Below, in pieces: positions 14,201 through 28,332 of a DNA stretch of 64,000 nucleotides. The notes under the pieces are model-generated. The model saw only the letters and a list, made by a program, of their open reading frames with translations, searched no databases and was not told the origin of the DNA. Numbering within the stretch: the first letter of the stretch is position 1; each line of letters begins with the position of its first letter. The position numbers were made by a program, and so were the translations under genes. The DNA is from Azolla caroliniana (Eukaryota > Plantae > Polypodiophyta), in NCBI GenBank assembly GCA_043228905.1, contig JBHGNT010000010.1:2170001-2234000 (forward strand), read 5' to 3'.

Positions 14201-16720
14201 ATCACTATATGATTAGGTTCTCTAGTTATTGATGAACCATTCTGGTTCAACATTGTCTGAATGAATGCAACAAGTCTATAGCTAGAATTACAATTAAATA
14301 AAAATATTAATAAGGAATTTAGGTATTTAGGAAAGTATTAATTGGATAAAAATTAAGAAATAATAGCACTAATAACAATAAGGTGTAGTTCAAATGCAAT
14401 GGGTTTTGCATGTGAACGAAAAGGGCAAGGGTTCTATTTTGGAAAAATAAACAATAAGGTGAAATTTTACTTACGCCCATTTTGGGTGCCAAATTATTTT
14501 CTTTTGGAGTATTGTGGAGAAGGGAGCTTTTCTTCTTGGAGGTTAAAATTTAGGGAAAGAACAACAAAAGGCGACATGGTCATTGGTTGTGAGTTGACTG
14601 AAACTCAAGGATTTTTCCTAAATCTATCCTAGCATTCTTAACTATAATTATTTGTCTTTTTCGTTCATCATGTTAAAAGGGTTTATTTATGGTAAAATTT
14701 AGAGTTAATGTTTAAATGATGTCTTTCCATCAAACAAATTTTAGATTGTAAAAAACTATAACCGCTTAATCATAATCTAGAAGTACTTGGTCCCAACTAA
14801 ATGTGGGGTCAAGCCCCATGAGGAACATAGTTGAAGGGCATGTAGAAGGAACTCTTATCAATGAATTGATGAAGATGGTTTGTGACCTCTATCCCCAAGC
14901 AATGAGAGATGATAGAAGTTTTCCAATAGATTGATGATTGGGGTTTGTGTGATGATGTATATTGTGTGATGACTTGAACCATTAAAGAAGAAACTACAAA
15001 GACCTCGAAGAAGCCCTATGCTGCCATATCGTATACTTTATTAGAAACTAAATTCATTTAGTTGGGACAAGACAATTCCTTGATACAAACTTTGGTCCAA
15101 GGGATTCAAATTGAGAAAGATGCGAGAAGCCAAACCTATCATGGAGTTGAATTCTGGCCATATGTTCATCTTTTTAGTTTCTTATTTGCTTTGGTATCTT
15201 ATATAGAGTGTACTTCAATTATGAATCTTTTTGTGTTTGTGGAAAGCTTCTTCAAGAGGAAAGTAGAGGTAAATGATTGACCTTGCCTAAGCAATTTCGT
15301 AATGGTCATTAGGAGCACGAGGGTGGTGTGAATCCGGTTATTTGTGAGGGAGGCTACCAAAAGTAGCATCAAGGAAATGACGAAGATATTTGTTGCTAGT
15401 TGACTACTGAATACGATAACCATATGTGATCATGAAAAAAGATTGCTTGTTTCTTGTAGCAAATATCCCTTGTGGTTTCAAGTTCCATACCACGTACACG
15501 TAATATACTCGAATGCATTGGCAAACATTCTTTTTCATACGAATGCAAACAAATTCATATGGTATCAAAACATTCTTATGTTTTTTTTTTTACACTTTTT
15601 ACCTTAAAAAGAATTACCTTATAATAAATAATGAATACAAAAGTATGGTATTTACCATACTTGTAGGGTGTTTACCATACTCAAATGATTGAAACATTCT
15701 CGAATGCGAATGCACGTATTGTACGTGTGGTTCATACTATGGAACTTTCAACCTTGATGGTCATTGAGTAAGAGAAAAGTAAGAGACCATGTGTATATTT
15801 TGCAATCATTGACCTTTAGAAAAGAAACAATTACAATTTGTATTAGGAACAAAGAAACATGAGAAATCATTTGATGATATCCTAAAGCCACAAAAAACAA
15901 CTCATCTTCCCAAAAACAAAACCCAAATGCAATAGCATTGTGTTAGGACTCAAGAGTTTATAACAAGATTGAACCTCTCTCTTTTGGCACTCATTATCCA
16001 TTGTATCATATGACAAATGCCTTGTCATGTATAGATAGGTGCACGAAATAAAACCAAGCATAGAAGAACAAGTTGTAAAAATCAGTACAACGATAAACAA
16101 ATGGACAACTAATTTGTTTTTATAGGACCCCCAATGCCCACTATAAAAACCAAACTAGTTCTTATAGTTCCCAAGCCTAACCCTTATAAAAGAATTTTCA
16201 ATCTTATAAGAGTTTGATCTTCTAAGGACTTGTTTGGGCCTAACTAACCGTAATAACAATTGTCATATTCCATGAAGGATGGCCAAGGATGGCCAAGGAT
16301 GGCTTTGAATAAATGGATATTAAATTATTTACATGCTATAAATTATTGTTGCATCGACCAGGATGCTACCAATGGGAACCTATTGAAAAGAGTCAGGTAT
16401 GACCTAACCATGTGATGTGGACAGGGAAAATTAATTGTTTACATGGGAGGGAAATTCCAATGGAGATATTTCCTTTGAGGTTCCAATGATAACGTTGTGA
16501 TAAAAATGGGAAGACATCAAAAGCAGTAAAGAAAACTCTTTACTCCCGAAGCATGGACGCATGTGCATGGTTTCACATTACTCGAGGGAGTGAGCGAAAA
16601 GAGAGTGTGCATAGCCATTGCACGTCGAAGCACGTCCTAGACAAAAGGTGGTGATCCCAAGGAACAAAAAAAGACTTGTATAAGCTCCCCTCTCCTTTGT
16701 GTGCATAATATTGAAGATTC

Positions 16721-18317
16721 ATGAAGACCTACTCATCATCATCAACAACAATAACCAAGCACACCAAGATGATCCAAAAATTAATGATAACTCTATGTGT
16801 CCTCTTCACTCTCATGCTCTTGTACCAATGGCCCCGAAGAAGAATCGGAGACAATTCTCACAATGAGCACCACATGCCGCCCATTTCGACCTTGTCGGCA
16901 GTAACATCACCAGCTTCCGGTCATGATATGTCCATGGCGGCCACGGCAGTGGCGAAAGACGCAACTAAAACCGCTCCTTTCATAACATCGACGGACGGTG
17001 AGCTCCACGACTTCGTGTCATTGGCCCGTTTCACACTACGTCCACGCTACAACCGTCACCAGGTGTCTCCTGACCGAATACTCGCCGACACATGGACGTC
17101 CGGCCGCCCATCCGTGCAAATCCTCCGAGATGGCCTTGTCAACAATAATGCCAACCATAATGCCAACCTCCCATTTTTGCTAGTCACTGGCGAGCGGGCC
17201 TCGCCATGCAAATCGCGTACCGGGGCACACTTGCTGCTCCAATCTTACAAAAACAAGGTGGATTATTGTAGCTTACATGGCTGCAAGGTATGGTATATGC
17301 TGGAGACATGGGAGGAGGGTTTCACGGGTGTGTGGGCGCGGTACCCCGCATTGCTCCGCCTCATGCAATCCCTACCGTCCGTCCCATGGTTCATGTGGAT
17401 GGATGCTGATGCCATTTTCACAGATTTCAACTTCACCATCCCCTTCAAACAATATGAAGAGTGGAATAAGAACTTCATTGCACATGGCTTCCACCACTTG
17501 GTAGGTCCAACATGACATCTAATATAACTTGATCTGATATATGTACTACAGTGAATATAGTATAATGATAGGGCTAAGTAAGGTGTGGTTGTTAACCTCT
17601 TTTAGATGGAAACACAATAATTATGCCCTTTATTAACAAATCTTGACATGTGTTGCCACTTAGGGGCCAGTGGAGCATTAAGTATAATGAGTAAAATTTC
17701 CCTGTCTTCTTCTCTTTTTGTAGCTGTATGGCAAGAAGGGGAATTGGTTCGGGCTTAACGCGGGCATTTTCCTCATCCGGAATTGCGAGTGGTCGTACGA
17801 GTTCTTGAAGATGTGGCGCGTCCTCGGGACACCGGAGATGCGGACGGAGGCGCGCCGCGCGTTCAACCATGACATTATAAACCGTCCGCCATCATTGCGA
17901 GCCGATGACCAGAGTGCGCTAGTATACCTCCTCCGCAAGACGCGGAACGTGACGGAAACGCGTGTCCACATGGAGGCGGCATATTACCTCCATGGCTACT
18001 GGCAATACATGGTGGATCGGTATGAGGAGATGGTGGCCAAAGGTCGCGAAGAGAGCCGAGACGATGAGCAATGGCCCTTTACCACCCATTTTTGTGGATG
18101 CAGTTTTTGCACAGCCGCGAACACTCCGTCTTTCAATGCTCGATGCCACATTGGATTCCGTCGGGCCTATAATTTCGGCAATAACCAATTCTTAAAGGCG
18201 ATAGGCGTCCGACTCTATCATCCAAACTTCAATACCTCCTTGCTCGTTCCTCTTCCGGAAAGTTCCGCCGGTGCCGCCACCATCTCCTCCTCCTCCTCTT
18301 CGTCTTTCATCCTCTAG
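16721..18317 (+). CDS. Glycosyltransferase family 34 (xyloglucan xylosyltransferase / galactomannan galactosyltransferase-like), 2 exons, ~457 aa
   Basis: Exons 16721-17500 and 17724-18317 (GT-AG, phase 0). N-terminal TM anchor; 'LLVTG..SPC', 'KNKVDYCSLHG', DxD in 'WFMWMDADAIFTD', 'GLNAGIFLIRNCEWS', 'DDQSALVYLL', 'YYLHGYW', 'PFTTHFCGC', 'RAYNFGNNQ'. Confidence 0.92.
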
Positions 18318-18616
18318 TTGTCTTAACAATGTTTTGTGTTTCTCAAGTAGTGAACTAGAGACAACACTCATTTGACATTGCACTTATACATTGTATAGGA
18401 GGGGGGGAGGGGGCAGTTGGTGGCCTTCCTCTCCACAATATTATTTCAAAACATTTGGCCTTCTTTCCTTTTTGTATAGGCCATGGATGCTTGGCATGCA
18501 TTGTGGTATAAAAATATGAATTGTAGTCAGTCTCTAGCATCCCATTTCACTTCTTTTGACCGTTGAGTTGTCATTACTTAGTGAGGAAATTTGGGCCTAA
18601 ATGGAAAAACAAATGT

Positions 18617-18739
18617 GAAGGCCAAACTTAGAACTTTAGGCTAGGACTAGAGTCAAGCACGCCCACTTCTGTCTATGGACTCAATGAAGACCAAACTTGG
18701 AACTTTAGGCTAGGACTAGATTCAAGCACACCAACTTCT
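18617..18739 (+). repeat. Two-copy tandem duplication (~70 bp period)
   Basis: 'gaag.ccaaactt.gaactttaggctaggactaga.tcaagcac' occurs twice. Confidence 0.8.
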
Positions 18740-19765
18740 AGGTTCTAGCTTGAAGTTCCGAATTTGTGTTGAGTCGGAGTTAGGGGGGCTTCCATCTAAC
18801 CCATTTATGGGTCCTAACCTAAAGTTATGAGTTCATTAATCTACATCAAGCAAATAGACACATGCCCCTCTCTATTGTAACTCTTAACTCAATAAACAAA
18901 ACAAACAAAAAGTAGATAGTTTCCAATCTCCTTTGTAGAAAAAATGTATGCATTTGTGAGTCTACCAAGCTCTAAACTCCTTCATGTCTTAGAAAGATGG
19001 AAATTTAGTCATGTGTAGAATCTAGATCATTATAAACTAAAGGATATCAATCCTCCTAAGGTTCTCAACATGGAGTCTAATTCAAAGGGGTCATTGATCG
19101 TGTCCACCCACATGAATACAAGGTGGTCTGGACTATGGTTTTCATCAGTGTGGTTGATTTTTTTTAACGTTTACTCTATGTAGAAGTTTCATAGATTTCT
19201 TCATTCCATACCCAAATTATAAATGGGAAAAACTCCAAAATACCCCAAAGTTTTTCTTTATATGCTCAAAATACTCGGATGCCAAGCGACCTTTCACAGT
19301 CTTAAACAATTGAGTAACTAAGGCTTTCGCTAAAACGTTCAAAATTTTGATCCATGATAGATCATAGTTATCTCAGAATTAGCCAATCGAACTCCACCCC
19401 TAACTTCACACTCAAGTGAACCACAGAATCCACCTACTCATTGACATGATGTTGCATTGTACTACTAATAAGATATGCAAACGATGCGTTCATCCTATTT
19501 GATCCTTCTAATTTCCATAAGCAATGCTTGTGTATTGCATGTAAAAGCCCTTTTTCCTTTCAAATCTATAAGCCTGGCATATATCGCTCATTCACTTCCT
19601 TACAGATATTATAATCATGTCGTACGAACTACTTTGGGATTGCCTGTGTTCAACAATCAATAGGGTTCAATATATTATTACAAGGTTTATATTGTGAACC
19701 ACCCTTCACAAAGACATTAGATTGGCTAGTAAAACTTCTTCATCCATCATTGCGACCTTTCCCCC

Positions 19766-22700
19766 CTATAGTTTCTCGAGGATTATTTGCATCCCATATT
19801 GAGGTTGAATTGTTATGACCGACAATGGTGCATGCTTGTAGCCCGGTGAAAGAGAGAATCGGAATCTCTGGAGCATCATTCCTAGAGCTGCCCGAGCCTC
19901 TAGCAATGCAAAACTTTGCCCGAGACACGTTCGTGGGCCCATCGAGAAAGGAAAATAAGCGGAAGGTGTTGTGGAAGCATTGCTGATACCATCGGCAAAA
20001 CGTTGTGGATTGAACTCAGATGCATCCGAACCCCAGAATGCTGGATCGTGATGGATGCTTACGACAGGGATGAAAAGCATCGTTTTACTGGGTACCACAA
20101 TCTTCCCTAGTTTCATCTTCTTTACGGTTTGCCTCATTATCAAAGGGGCAGGTGGATACATCCTCAATGCTTCATTGATCACCATGCCTGCCTGAAATGA
20201 AACAAACAACAAAACCCATGAGTCATGCACTGAAGAGCAGTGAACATCCTTGTCTATTTATACATCTAAAGGAACCAAATTTTCAGGATTAATAATCAGA
20301 TAGGGACTTATGTTTCTGAAATATCATATATCTCTCGAATCACGGCTAAACCATTGCAGGTTATCAAGCATAATCATAAAGTAAGCATTCCTCATTTCCT
20401 TCTCTTCCAATTCTTCTTCTTGATTGTCTTCAATCTTTCTATGTATAGAAGGGTTAGTCACCAATTGAAGACGGAGGAATACAAATTTTAAATATCCACA
20501 TGGGACCCAATATGACCCATGGAAACAACCATCGGTACAAATAATTCTTCATTAAAATGATAGAACTAAAAAAGAAAATTCGTAAATGCTGAAAATGGAA
20601 AACTATGCTAGTTGCTGAATTTCATTGTTTTGATCTTCCATAAGCCACACAGTTCTGTAGTTAAGTAGACAAGCAAAGAGCCTGCATAGTGTCATAAATG
20701 ATGGCTCCATCCTCATTTGGAGTTCTTGATTGCTAGTACAGCCTTGTGGGAATTCTTGACATTCATGCCTAATTGTCCTCATATGTGAGGGAGGCTCTAT
20801 AAATAGACAAGATCTTCTGTTTCTCGTACATTGAGGTGCCCTAGGTCACATATCCTCCCTTTTTCTGCTCAATATTTATCCAAACCCTAGCTTCTATTTT
20901 TTGATGTGTGGGGTGTATGCACATGTTTCGATAATATAAGGTTGGGTATCAGACCAGGCACCTCAGTGACTTCCCAATACTATTGAGTTTTAATGCAGCT
21001 AAAATAGATAGATGTTGTGTTATTCTTCGTTTCATGTGGAAGGGCTTCCAATGTGGCTGATTTATATGACCTAAGAGAGAAGAATGGAGAGAAATACTTA
21101 TTTTATGATTATAAACCAAGGATATATCTGATATTTCAGAAACTGAAGAGCATTTTTCAATATAAAACCCAATTTGTAGGAAATTATAATTGAGGACATA
21201 TCTCTCATGTCGAATAAGAGCATAAATGGTATTTGAAAATACATGAAGAGCAATTCCATACTCTAAACTCTACGATAATAACATTTGAAGGGTGTTTTTG
21301 AGTCCATTTTCTCTATAAAAAAGTCATGCAAAACATCACAAAACAATAACCAGATCAGACTCAAAAAAACGCAACTTACAAGTTTTAGTTTGTGAAAAGA
21401 CTCATAAGATGAAGATTCGTCGCATGCTTGGATTGCTTCCTCACGGGTTCTTTCTTGCCATTCGGGGTTCACGGCAAGAAGCATGGTTATCCAAGTAAGC
21501 AAGGTTGCAGTAGTCTCATACCCGGCAAGGTAAAACATCTTGCAATTGTCCACTATCTCTTGAGTGGTCAAGCTCAGATTTTTTTGTGACCCTGAGAGCT
21601 CCTTCCGGTTTGCGGCAAGCAAAATTCCAAGCAAATCATTGGTGGCATCTCCATGAGTCCTGATAATTTCTCGGAGTTTTGTTTGTATCTCCTTCTGAAG
21701 CCTCCATAAACGTCGGTTGTGAGATGTGGGCACAAATCTAGAGCAACAAAAATTTATATCACTTTTTTCTAATGATAAGAAAGTCACTATGCTTTCACAT
21801 GACTTAAATCCAACAAGAACTATGGTATCAAATAAGCATCTAAAGATCAAGTCATAACCTTGATCCAGGAATATTAAAGGAGTGTCCGAACTCAGCAAGA
21901 AGAGATAGTTGCTCATGTTGTATCTCAAACACACGTTTTCCTTCTTTATAATTGCTACCGAATGCAGTTTTAGCTATGATATCAGCCGTAAGAACCTTGA
22001 ATTCTTCACTTATATCCAGCTCGATGCTCTGTTTACCATTCAATTGTTTTTCCCACTTGTCTAACATTTCGTTGATACAAGATACCATGGTTGGAGTCAT
22101 GACCTAAATTTACCAAAACATTGCTCAAAGCAACAATCCTAAACAGCTCAAAAACAGAAGGTAGAAAGAGAATAGCCACAGCAAATCTCTTACCTTTATT
22201 TTCTCGAGAAAAAATGCAGGAGAAACGATCCGACGGTGTTGAGCCCATCTTTCCCCATTTAATGATGCTATGGATCCACCTATTAGAGCTTTTGCTTCCG
22301 GATTCAAATCAATCAATGTGAAGTGGCCGAACTTGTTCGAGAGAATTTCTTTGACCATTTCAGGATTAGGGACAGTGAGAATGGCTCTAGGACCAAGCCA
22401 AAATACAAAAGGGTCACCTACAAAGTCAATATCAATGTCAGAGAGATCCAACGTATAAAGCATTTCATAGATTGTTCTAGATTGTCTGCAAGCCCTATAT
22501 ATACCAGTTAACCCTAAGTCTGTGTGCAAACCATAGTTATCTAGATTGTTACCATTCACAAGCTAATGAGTCTGTCTGTTGCCTAATTTCCTGTATGCTG
22601 TCCATGGAATGTTAGATGATCTTGACCTTTATAGCTGACTGGACGAAACTTAGCCCGATATATAGCAATTAATCATAGATCTTGTCACAACAATACTATT

Positions 22701-23424
22701 TGGATTCTATTGGCTGACCAGACAGGATGTTGGTTAACCCTAGGTATATCTCCATACCTTAGGTAACAAGATTAGCATAGGCACATAATCATTCCTATAA
22801 CCAGGAGCTAATCTTAGGTCTATGTCCATATAATGGATAACCCAATTGTGACTGATCATGTAGGTTATATCTAGCTGGCCTTGTATTGGATTAATCATAG
22901 ATCTTGTCAGAACAATACTATTTGGATTGTATTGGCCGACCAGACAGGATGTTGGTTAACCCTATAAATAAGAGCTAATCCTAGTTCTATGTCCATACAA
23001 TGGATAGTTCCCAATTGTGACCGATCATGTAGGTTATATCAAGCTACCCTTATATATTTACTAATAGAGAATGAGAATGCTTGATAATATTGAATTATGC
23101 AATGATGAAATTGGATGGAGTTAGGGGATTACCATGGATATTCTTCCAGTGGTGATAGTGTGGCAAGACGTAGGAGGCGACATGGTCAGCCTGATGGGCA
23201 GCCGGGAAGGGAAGAGGTTTCGAACGGACATCGGCTGTGATCCGTCCGATCTCTGGCACGCTCCCAACAAGTGGACTGTAAGGAATATATGGCACGCCTT
23301 GCTTCCAAAAATGTCTACAGGTCATGTAAGGATCCCATACCACATTTTTCACAATCTTCCCTATTTTAGATATAACCACCAACAGCACTGCTAAAGCTAC
23401 GACAACAGATGTATCGATCTCCAT
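19766..23424 (-). CDS. Cytochrome P450, CYP72 clan (CYP72/709/734-like), 5 exons, ~514 aa
   Basis: Exons 23424-23133, 22417-22194, 22103-21859, 21737-21380, 20191-19766; all GT-AG and frame-consistent. TM anchor, 'WAQHRRIVSPAF', 'ADIIAKTAFGSNY', I-helix 'FYLAGYETT', 'PEWQERTREE', ExxR 'EALR', 'PQRF', heme motif 'PFSMGPRTCLG'. The five-exon layout is typical of the CYP72 clan. Confidence 0.95.
22669..23048 (+). repeat. Imperfect tandem duplication within CYP72 intron 1
   Basis: 'ttaatcatagatcttgtca.aacaatactatttggatt.tattggc.gaccagacaggatgttggttaaccct' at ~22669 and ~22891; the second copy lacks an internal segment. Confidence 0.85.
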
Positions 23425-24166
23425 AGAGTGATAAGAAGTAGATCGAGTAGTTCCGATATGTGTTGTTACTCTGTTCTGAGGAGAGAGAAACCTTTCCAAC
23501 CCCTGTTTCTTCAATCTGCGATGTATTCTTCTTGCTAAAGCACGGCCAGCAGAGGAAATGCCCTGTTTCCAATGAATGGACTTCCAATGTGATATTCTCG
23601 AAAGCAAAGCAAAACAATTGCTTACATTTAGTGTGAAAAAGAACCATCTAAATCATTGATGAATATGAATCTACAGTATACTAATGATTTACCAAATCTT
23701 TTTTTCCCAATTGTGAGTATAGATGGCCAAGTCCCAACCATGAATATGTATTGAGAAACAATTGACCAAGTTCCGAGTATGTGTATGGAGACAATTCAAG
23801 GGCATCCGCATAACCACAATCTACACTTGGACGATAAATTTTTTTATTTCTATGACCTCAAAGAGATGATCTATTATTGTTCATGAAATGTCAGGCAAAT
23901 CTATAGTTGGGGGTATTTCTTCCGAAATTATCAAATGTTTGTATTGTCATGTTTTTCTTATAGAAAAATGTCTACTTATAGAAATGTCCCCATACATTTT
24001 TATAAGTACAATGGTGTCCCATCATATGCAATCATTGCCTTGTCAAAGTGTAATCATGTTTAAACAACACTTTTCATTGTTGTAAGTTGTAAGTTGTAAC
24101 TTGTGACAAAACCCTCAAGAGCATATATCAAAATCTTCAAATTAATAAAGCATCATAAATTGTATA

Positions 24167-24281
24167 CAATTATGGGGGTAAATTGTATAGCCAACATTAC
24201 GTTATTAATTTCAAAATATTACGCAATTATGGGGGTAAGTTGTATAGCCAACATTACGTTATTAATTTCAAAATATTACGC
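24167..24281 (+). repeat. Two-copy tandem repeat, 57-bp unit
   Basis: 'caattatgggggtaa(a/g)ttgtatagccaacattacgttattaatttcaaaatattacg' x2. Confidence 0.9.
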
Positions 24282-24570
24282 CATATCCTTAGAGCTACAA
24301 AAAAATTTGATTGCTGCCATATCCTTAGAGCCACAAAGATTGCTTTCACTACTAACAAAGAAATATAGAACTCAACCATCCACAACATAAAAATGTTTGT
24401 TTTGTAGGCTTATCCAAGTGAAGTTGTTATAAAAATTTAAATGGTTTGCAAATGAAAAAACAATTTCCATTATGGACAAACATAAGTGGCTTGAGGATTG
24501 GGACCAATTTTGGGCTTATAGCAATCTAATGTTGGCCATGGGCAAGTATACATTTGAAATGTGCTAAAGT

Positions 24571-24690
24571 AAGGTTGTAAAACATGAATAAGAATTAGTA
24601 AGAAAAAGTCTATGCGGTAATATCTTCAAGGTTGTAAAACATGAATAAGAATTAGTAAGAAAAAGTCTATGCGGTAATATCTCCAAGGTT
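24571..24690 (+). repeat. Two-copy tandem repeat, 57-bp unit
   Basis: 'aaggttgtaaaacatgaataagaattagtaagaaaaagtctatgcggtaatatct(t/c)c' x2. Confidence 0.9.
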
Positions 24691-24915
24691 TAATTTCTCA
24701 AGTTCATTGTTTGCTTCTAAGCCAGCCCCATCCCTTATGTGCCCTTACTCATTCCATATATTGTTTGTTTTGCACTAATAAGGATACACTTTTCCTCAAC
24801 TTGAGGAACGATATTTCAATTGAGGTGGGATTTTCTTGAGGAAAAAGTATGACGAACATGCCCATTACATTCATTTTGGCTATGTACTTGGTTGATTTCA
24901 ACTTAGGCAATCTGG

Positions 24916-26354
24916 CTACACATTGTACGAGCTTTTGTGCCTTCTTGAATCTCTAGTGATGAGCTCATCTCTACCGCTTGCCAACTCACGACAAATTCTC
25001 TCACAAGGAGTCTTCCATTTGCAAGTCATATAATCATAAGTCCTCCAAGGTGGAAGCGGCATGCCATTGTTTTTCATTGACAACTTTGTTGCCTCCGCCA
25101 TGATCGAAATGATTTCCATAAGCTTTCCAAATGATCCGATAAAGGCAGAGGGAAGAGCCTTCAATGTATTAACATAAGAAAGTGTAGGCCTAGCAATTTG
25201 AAATTGGCTACGGAAATCGATATCAATGATGAAACGACGATCTAGATGTTTTTCCATGTGCATTGTATCGTCAAAGATGACATCAATATATTGATGTTCC
25301 CCTGCGTTATATAATACCAATACATCATAATCAATAATATTTATACAAATTATGCCAGATCTTATTGAGATTTATAAATTTTCAAACTATAATAATGTGT
25401 ACAAGCTATTAGATAATTTTACATTGCAAAGTTATCTTAGTTTAAATGTATGTACCTCCTGGAATTGATCCAGATTTTGGCCACTTTGAATTGCAAATAG
25501 CAGCATCATACCCTGAAATTCTAAGGTGTTGCAAGAGGTTACTATAGATACATTGTTCCCGGAAATGTTGACAAGGTTGGATGCCATCGTGGATTGCCGA
25601 CACATCATCATCATCATCTACCGAAGAAAGGAAATTTGTAACAAGCAATATTATGTCCTTTTCCACTAATGTAGAGGTGGATAAAATCTCCTGAAAACAT
25701 GCATTAAAAAGGGATCATAATTTTCACAAACATATTATTGCACTTGCATTCATGTCACAATGTTATGCAACCAAAGTATCTAAAGTTAATTGAAATTAAC
25801 GAGTGTACCTGAAGAGTCTTTTTAGCCCGATTCGATGGGTTGTGTGTTTGACTTTTGTTAATAGTGTTCTCATCACTAATGGCCATCGAATGCACAAGCC
25901 GTATGTCACCATTTGTTTCCATGAAATCACGGACGAGGGCCGAGAACTCAAACTCATGTTTGTTAACATCAACATTCAAGGGCATAAATTGGGTTGAAGC
26001 ATTGTGTATCAAGGCTGCCAATTGTTTAGACTCACCGGCAACAAGACTACCCTTCTCATTACATGGTTTTGCTACCATTGTCCTGGATTGACTTATGGGT
26101 AAATGAGTACCTATTGGGATCGGGTGCAATGCAGTTTTTGGTTCATATTCCAAGGAAAGCAATTCCACGCCATTGTTTACTCGTTGAAGAACAGTATTAA
26201 CATTCATTTGTCGATGATGGACATGATGAGCATGAGTCGGTTTAGTTGTGCGGAGGCTGGCATGGCATGGCTCGTGATGATTCATCATAATGCGGTGGTG
26301 CCCGGGCGTGGGGCTGCTGCTTGGCTGCAAATTGCTCGGCTTGAAAGTCTGCAT
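24916..26354 (-). CDS. DUF506 (plant PDDEXK-like) family protein, 3 exons, ~388 aa
   Basis: Exons 26354-25809, 25690-25456, 25301-24916 (GT-AG). Motifs 'LVRDFME', 'GYDAAICNSKW', 'PGG|EHQYIDV', 'RFIIDIDFRSQFQIARPT..Y', 'LPSAFIG', 'MPLPPWR..YM..KW'. The start codon is uncertain. Confidence 0.9.
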
Positions 26355-26542
26355 GATTATGTTGAGGTTTTGTTGGTTGTGTACTTGATATTAGGTGTAA
26401 CTGGAGAACAATTATACTTGGATCTGAAACTCTAGTGTGATCATAACAAGAAAGATAATCATAATTAGAATTCGACATTTGGACCAAAGGAATCAAATAT
26501 CTATATATATCTAATAGCATGAACACCACACATGTGCAAATA

Positions 26543-26666
26543 TATGATCAAGTATATGTGTGTATGGAATAAATATATGGTATGGTATGCATACATACAT
26601 ACATGCATGTACATGCATGCATACCATACCATATATTTATACCATACACACATATACTTGATCATA
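26543..26666. repeat. Long inverted repeat / hairpin (~50-bp arms)
   Basis: Left arm 'tatgatcaagtatatgtgtgtatggaataaatatatggtatggtatgcat' matches the reverse complement of the right arm ending at 26666, with one mismatch. Confidence 0.9.
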
Positions 26667-28332
26667 AACCTAGGATCATATGATTCTTGCACAGAGCACA
26701 AGCATCGCATATATGTATAAAAGGACGATATAATGATAATAATGATGTGCAAGCATTAAAGACAAAACATTCTTATAAGACCATCAGCTTAATCTAAGGT
26801 AAATAATGAACATATGATGACCAACATAGTTATAAAAAGGCCCACCTGTTGATCAGGAGAAGAAGATTAGCCTTCGGCTTTAACACAGGGTTAATTGCAT
26901 TAATCCATTCATCAAAAAACTAATTAAAAGGCTTCATATTATTTTGTACGTAGATCATTCTGGTCGCCCTCTCTCTCTCTCTCTCTCTTTCTGTCTTGCT
27001 CTGTAGTTAACTTGGAGGATGGGTTTGCTAATTTCTCCTTTTATTAATAAATGGAGGACATTTCCATAAATAATCTAAAAGTGGAGACTATATCTTTAGT
27101 ATTTTTCTTACCTTAGGAATCTACCAATCGCCTGTGAAAGAATATCCTCCTTCGACGGAATATACTACTCATCATATCTATGGTCTCTCTCTCTCTCTTT
27201 TTATCTACGGCCCATATATCTTCCTTTTATCATCGATTTTGCCCGCCATCTCAATGTTCGATGGGTGATCCCTTTTATTTATCAGGGACCTTATGTCCAT
27301 CATCGTCGACCATGTCTTGTGTCTCGTGCTCATTCAGCGTTTTAATCTTATAAGGTAAAAATTTCTTATCGACAAGTGTAAAAGAATAAGAAATTTGTAG
27401 CTTATACCATCATTCGACTTACCACGATCGGGTTCATTCCTACCATTTATGCTTAGGGCATTTTATCATCCCTTAATTAAGTTTGTTCACACGCAAATCG
27501 CCATGATCATGCATCCATTTCTTCCTTGTTGTGGGGTAACCATTGAATTAATCCATTTAATATGCTTGGAATGAGTACATGCATCAATTGCATACATGAC
27601 TTGACTAGGAGAAATCATAAAAGAAATTGTTTTCGTCTATAAACATGGGCTTCTAGAGCTATTTATGGAGAGCTACTCGGAAAGTGAAAACAAAAAGAAG
27701 AAATATGAACATGTTTGTATGTTTCCTATTGTGTTCCATGAATTACTAGACCAACCAGCTTGGTGCGTTGGTATTGCTTCAACCTTTGGTGGCAAAGTTG
27801 ATCTAGTCTTGAAAGTTTTATAAAACATTGTATTTAGTGTATTTGAAAACATTTTTGCCCCTAATCTTGAAACCTATCCTTTTGTAGAATTTCATAATTG
27901 TTGATGACCTTTCTCTATTGTTGGCACGAGTTTGGGTATGTACACTAAGCTTGCTTAACAGGGAATCTCCCAATCATTGGGTCCTACAAACAACCTTTGT
28001 ATATTGTTAAGGAATGGTCAAAGGCCATCTCAACAGGTTGCATGCTTTGCTTGGCGTTTGCAATGACCTAAGGAGAAGAGAACCATTGCCTATGGTGTTG
28101 ACCCAACAACACTAACAAACACAACGTGTCGAGAATCAAGATGCTTGAAAGTTTGTTGGGTTAAAATTATCCAAGAATCTTCCCACTCTCCATATAACTC
28201 AAGATAGGAGGGTGAAAGTACCTTGAACGATATTCTACCACAAATATCGTAGCTTGAACCTCGTATTTGTAACTTGTATATGTATGTTATGTGTGTGTGT
28301 GTGTATGAGGGGCCAATCAGTTTGGTTCGTAG

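Noticed and set aside
23425-23607. N-terminal extension of the CYP72 ORF
   Set aside because: It starts at a non-ATG codon in the ORF track; the TM anchor follows the ATG at 23424.
24167-24690. Short direct repeats as a CRISPR-like array
   Set aside because: Two-copy tandem units without unique spacers, in eukaryotic DNA with no cas genes.
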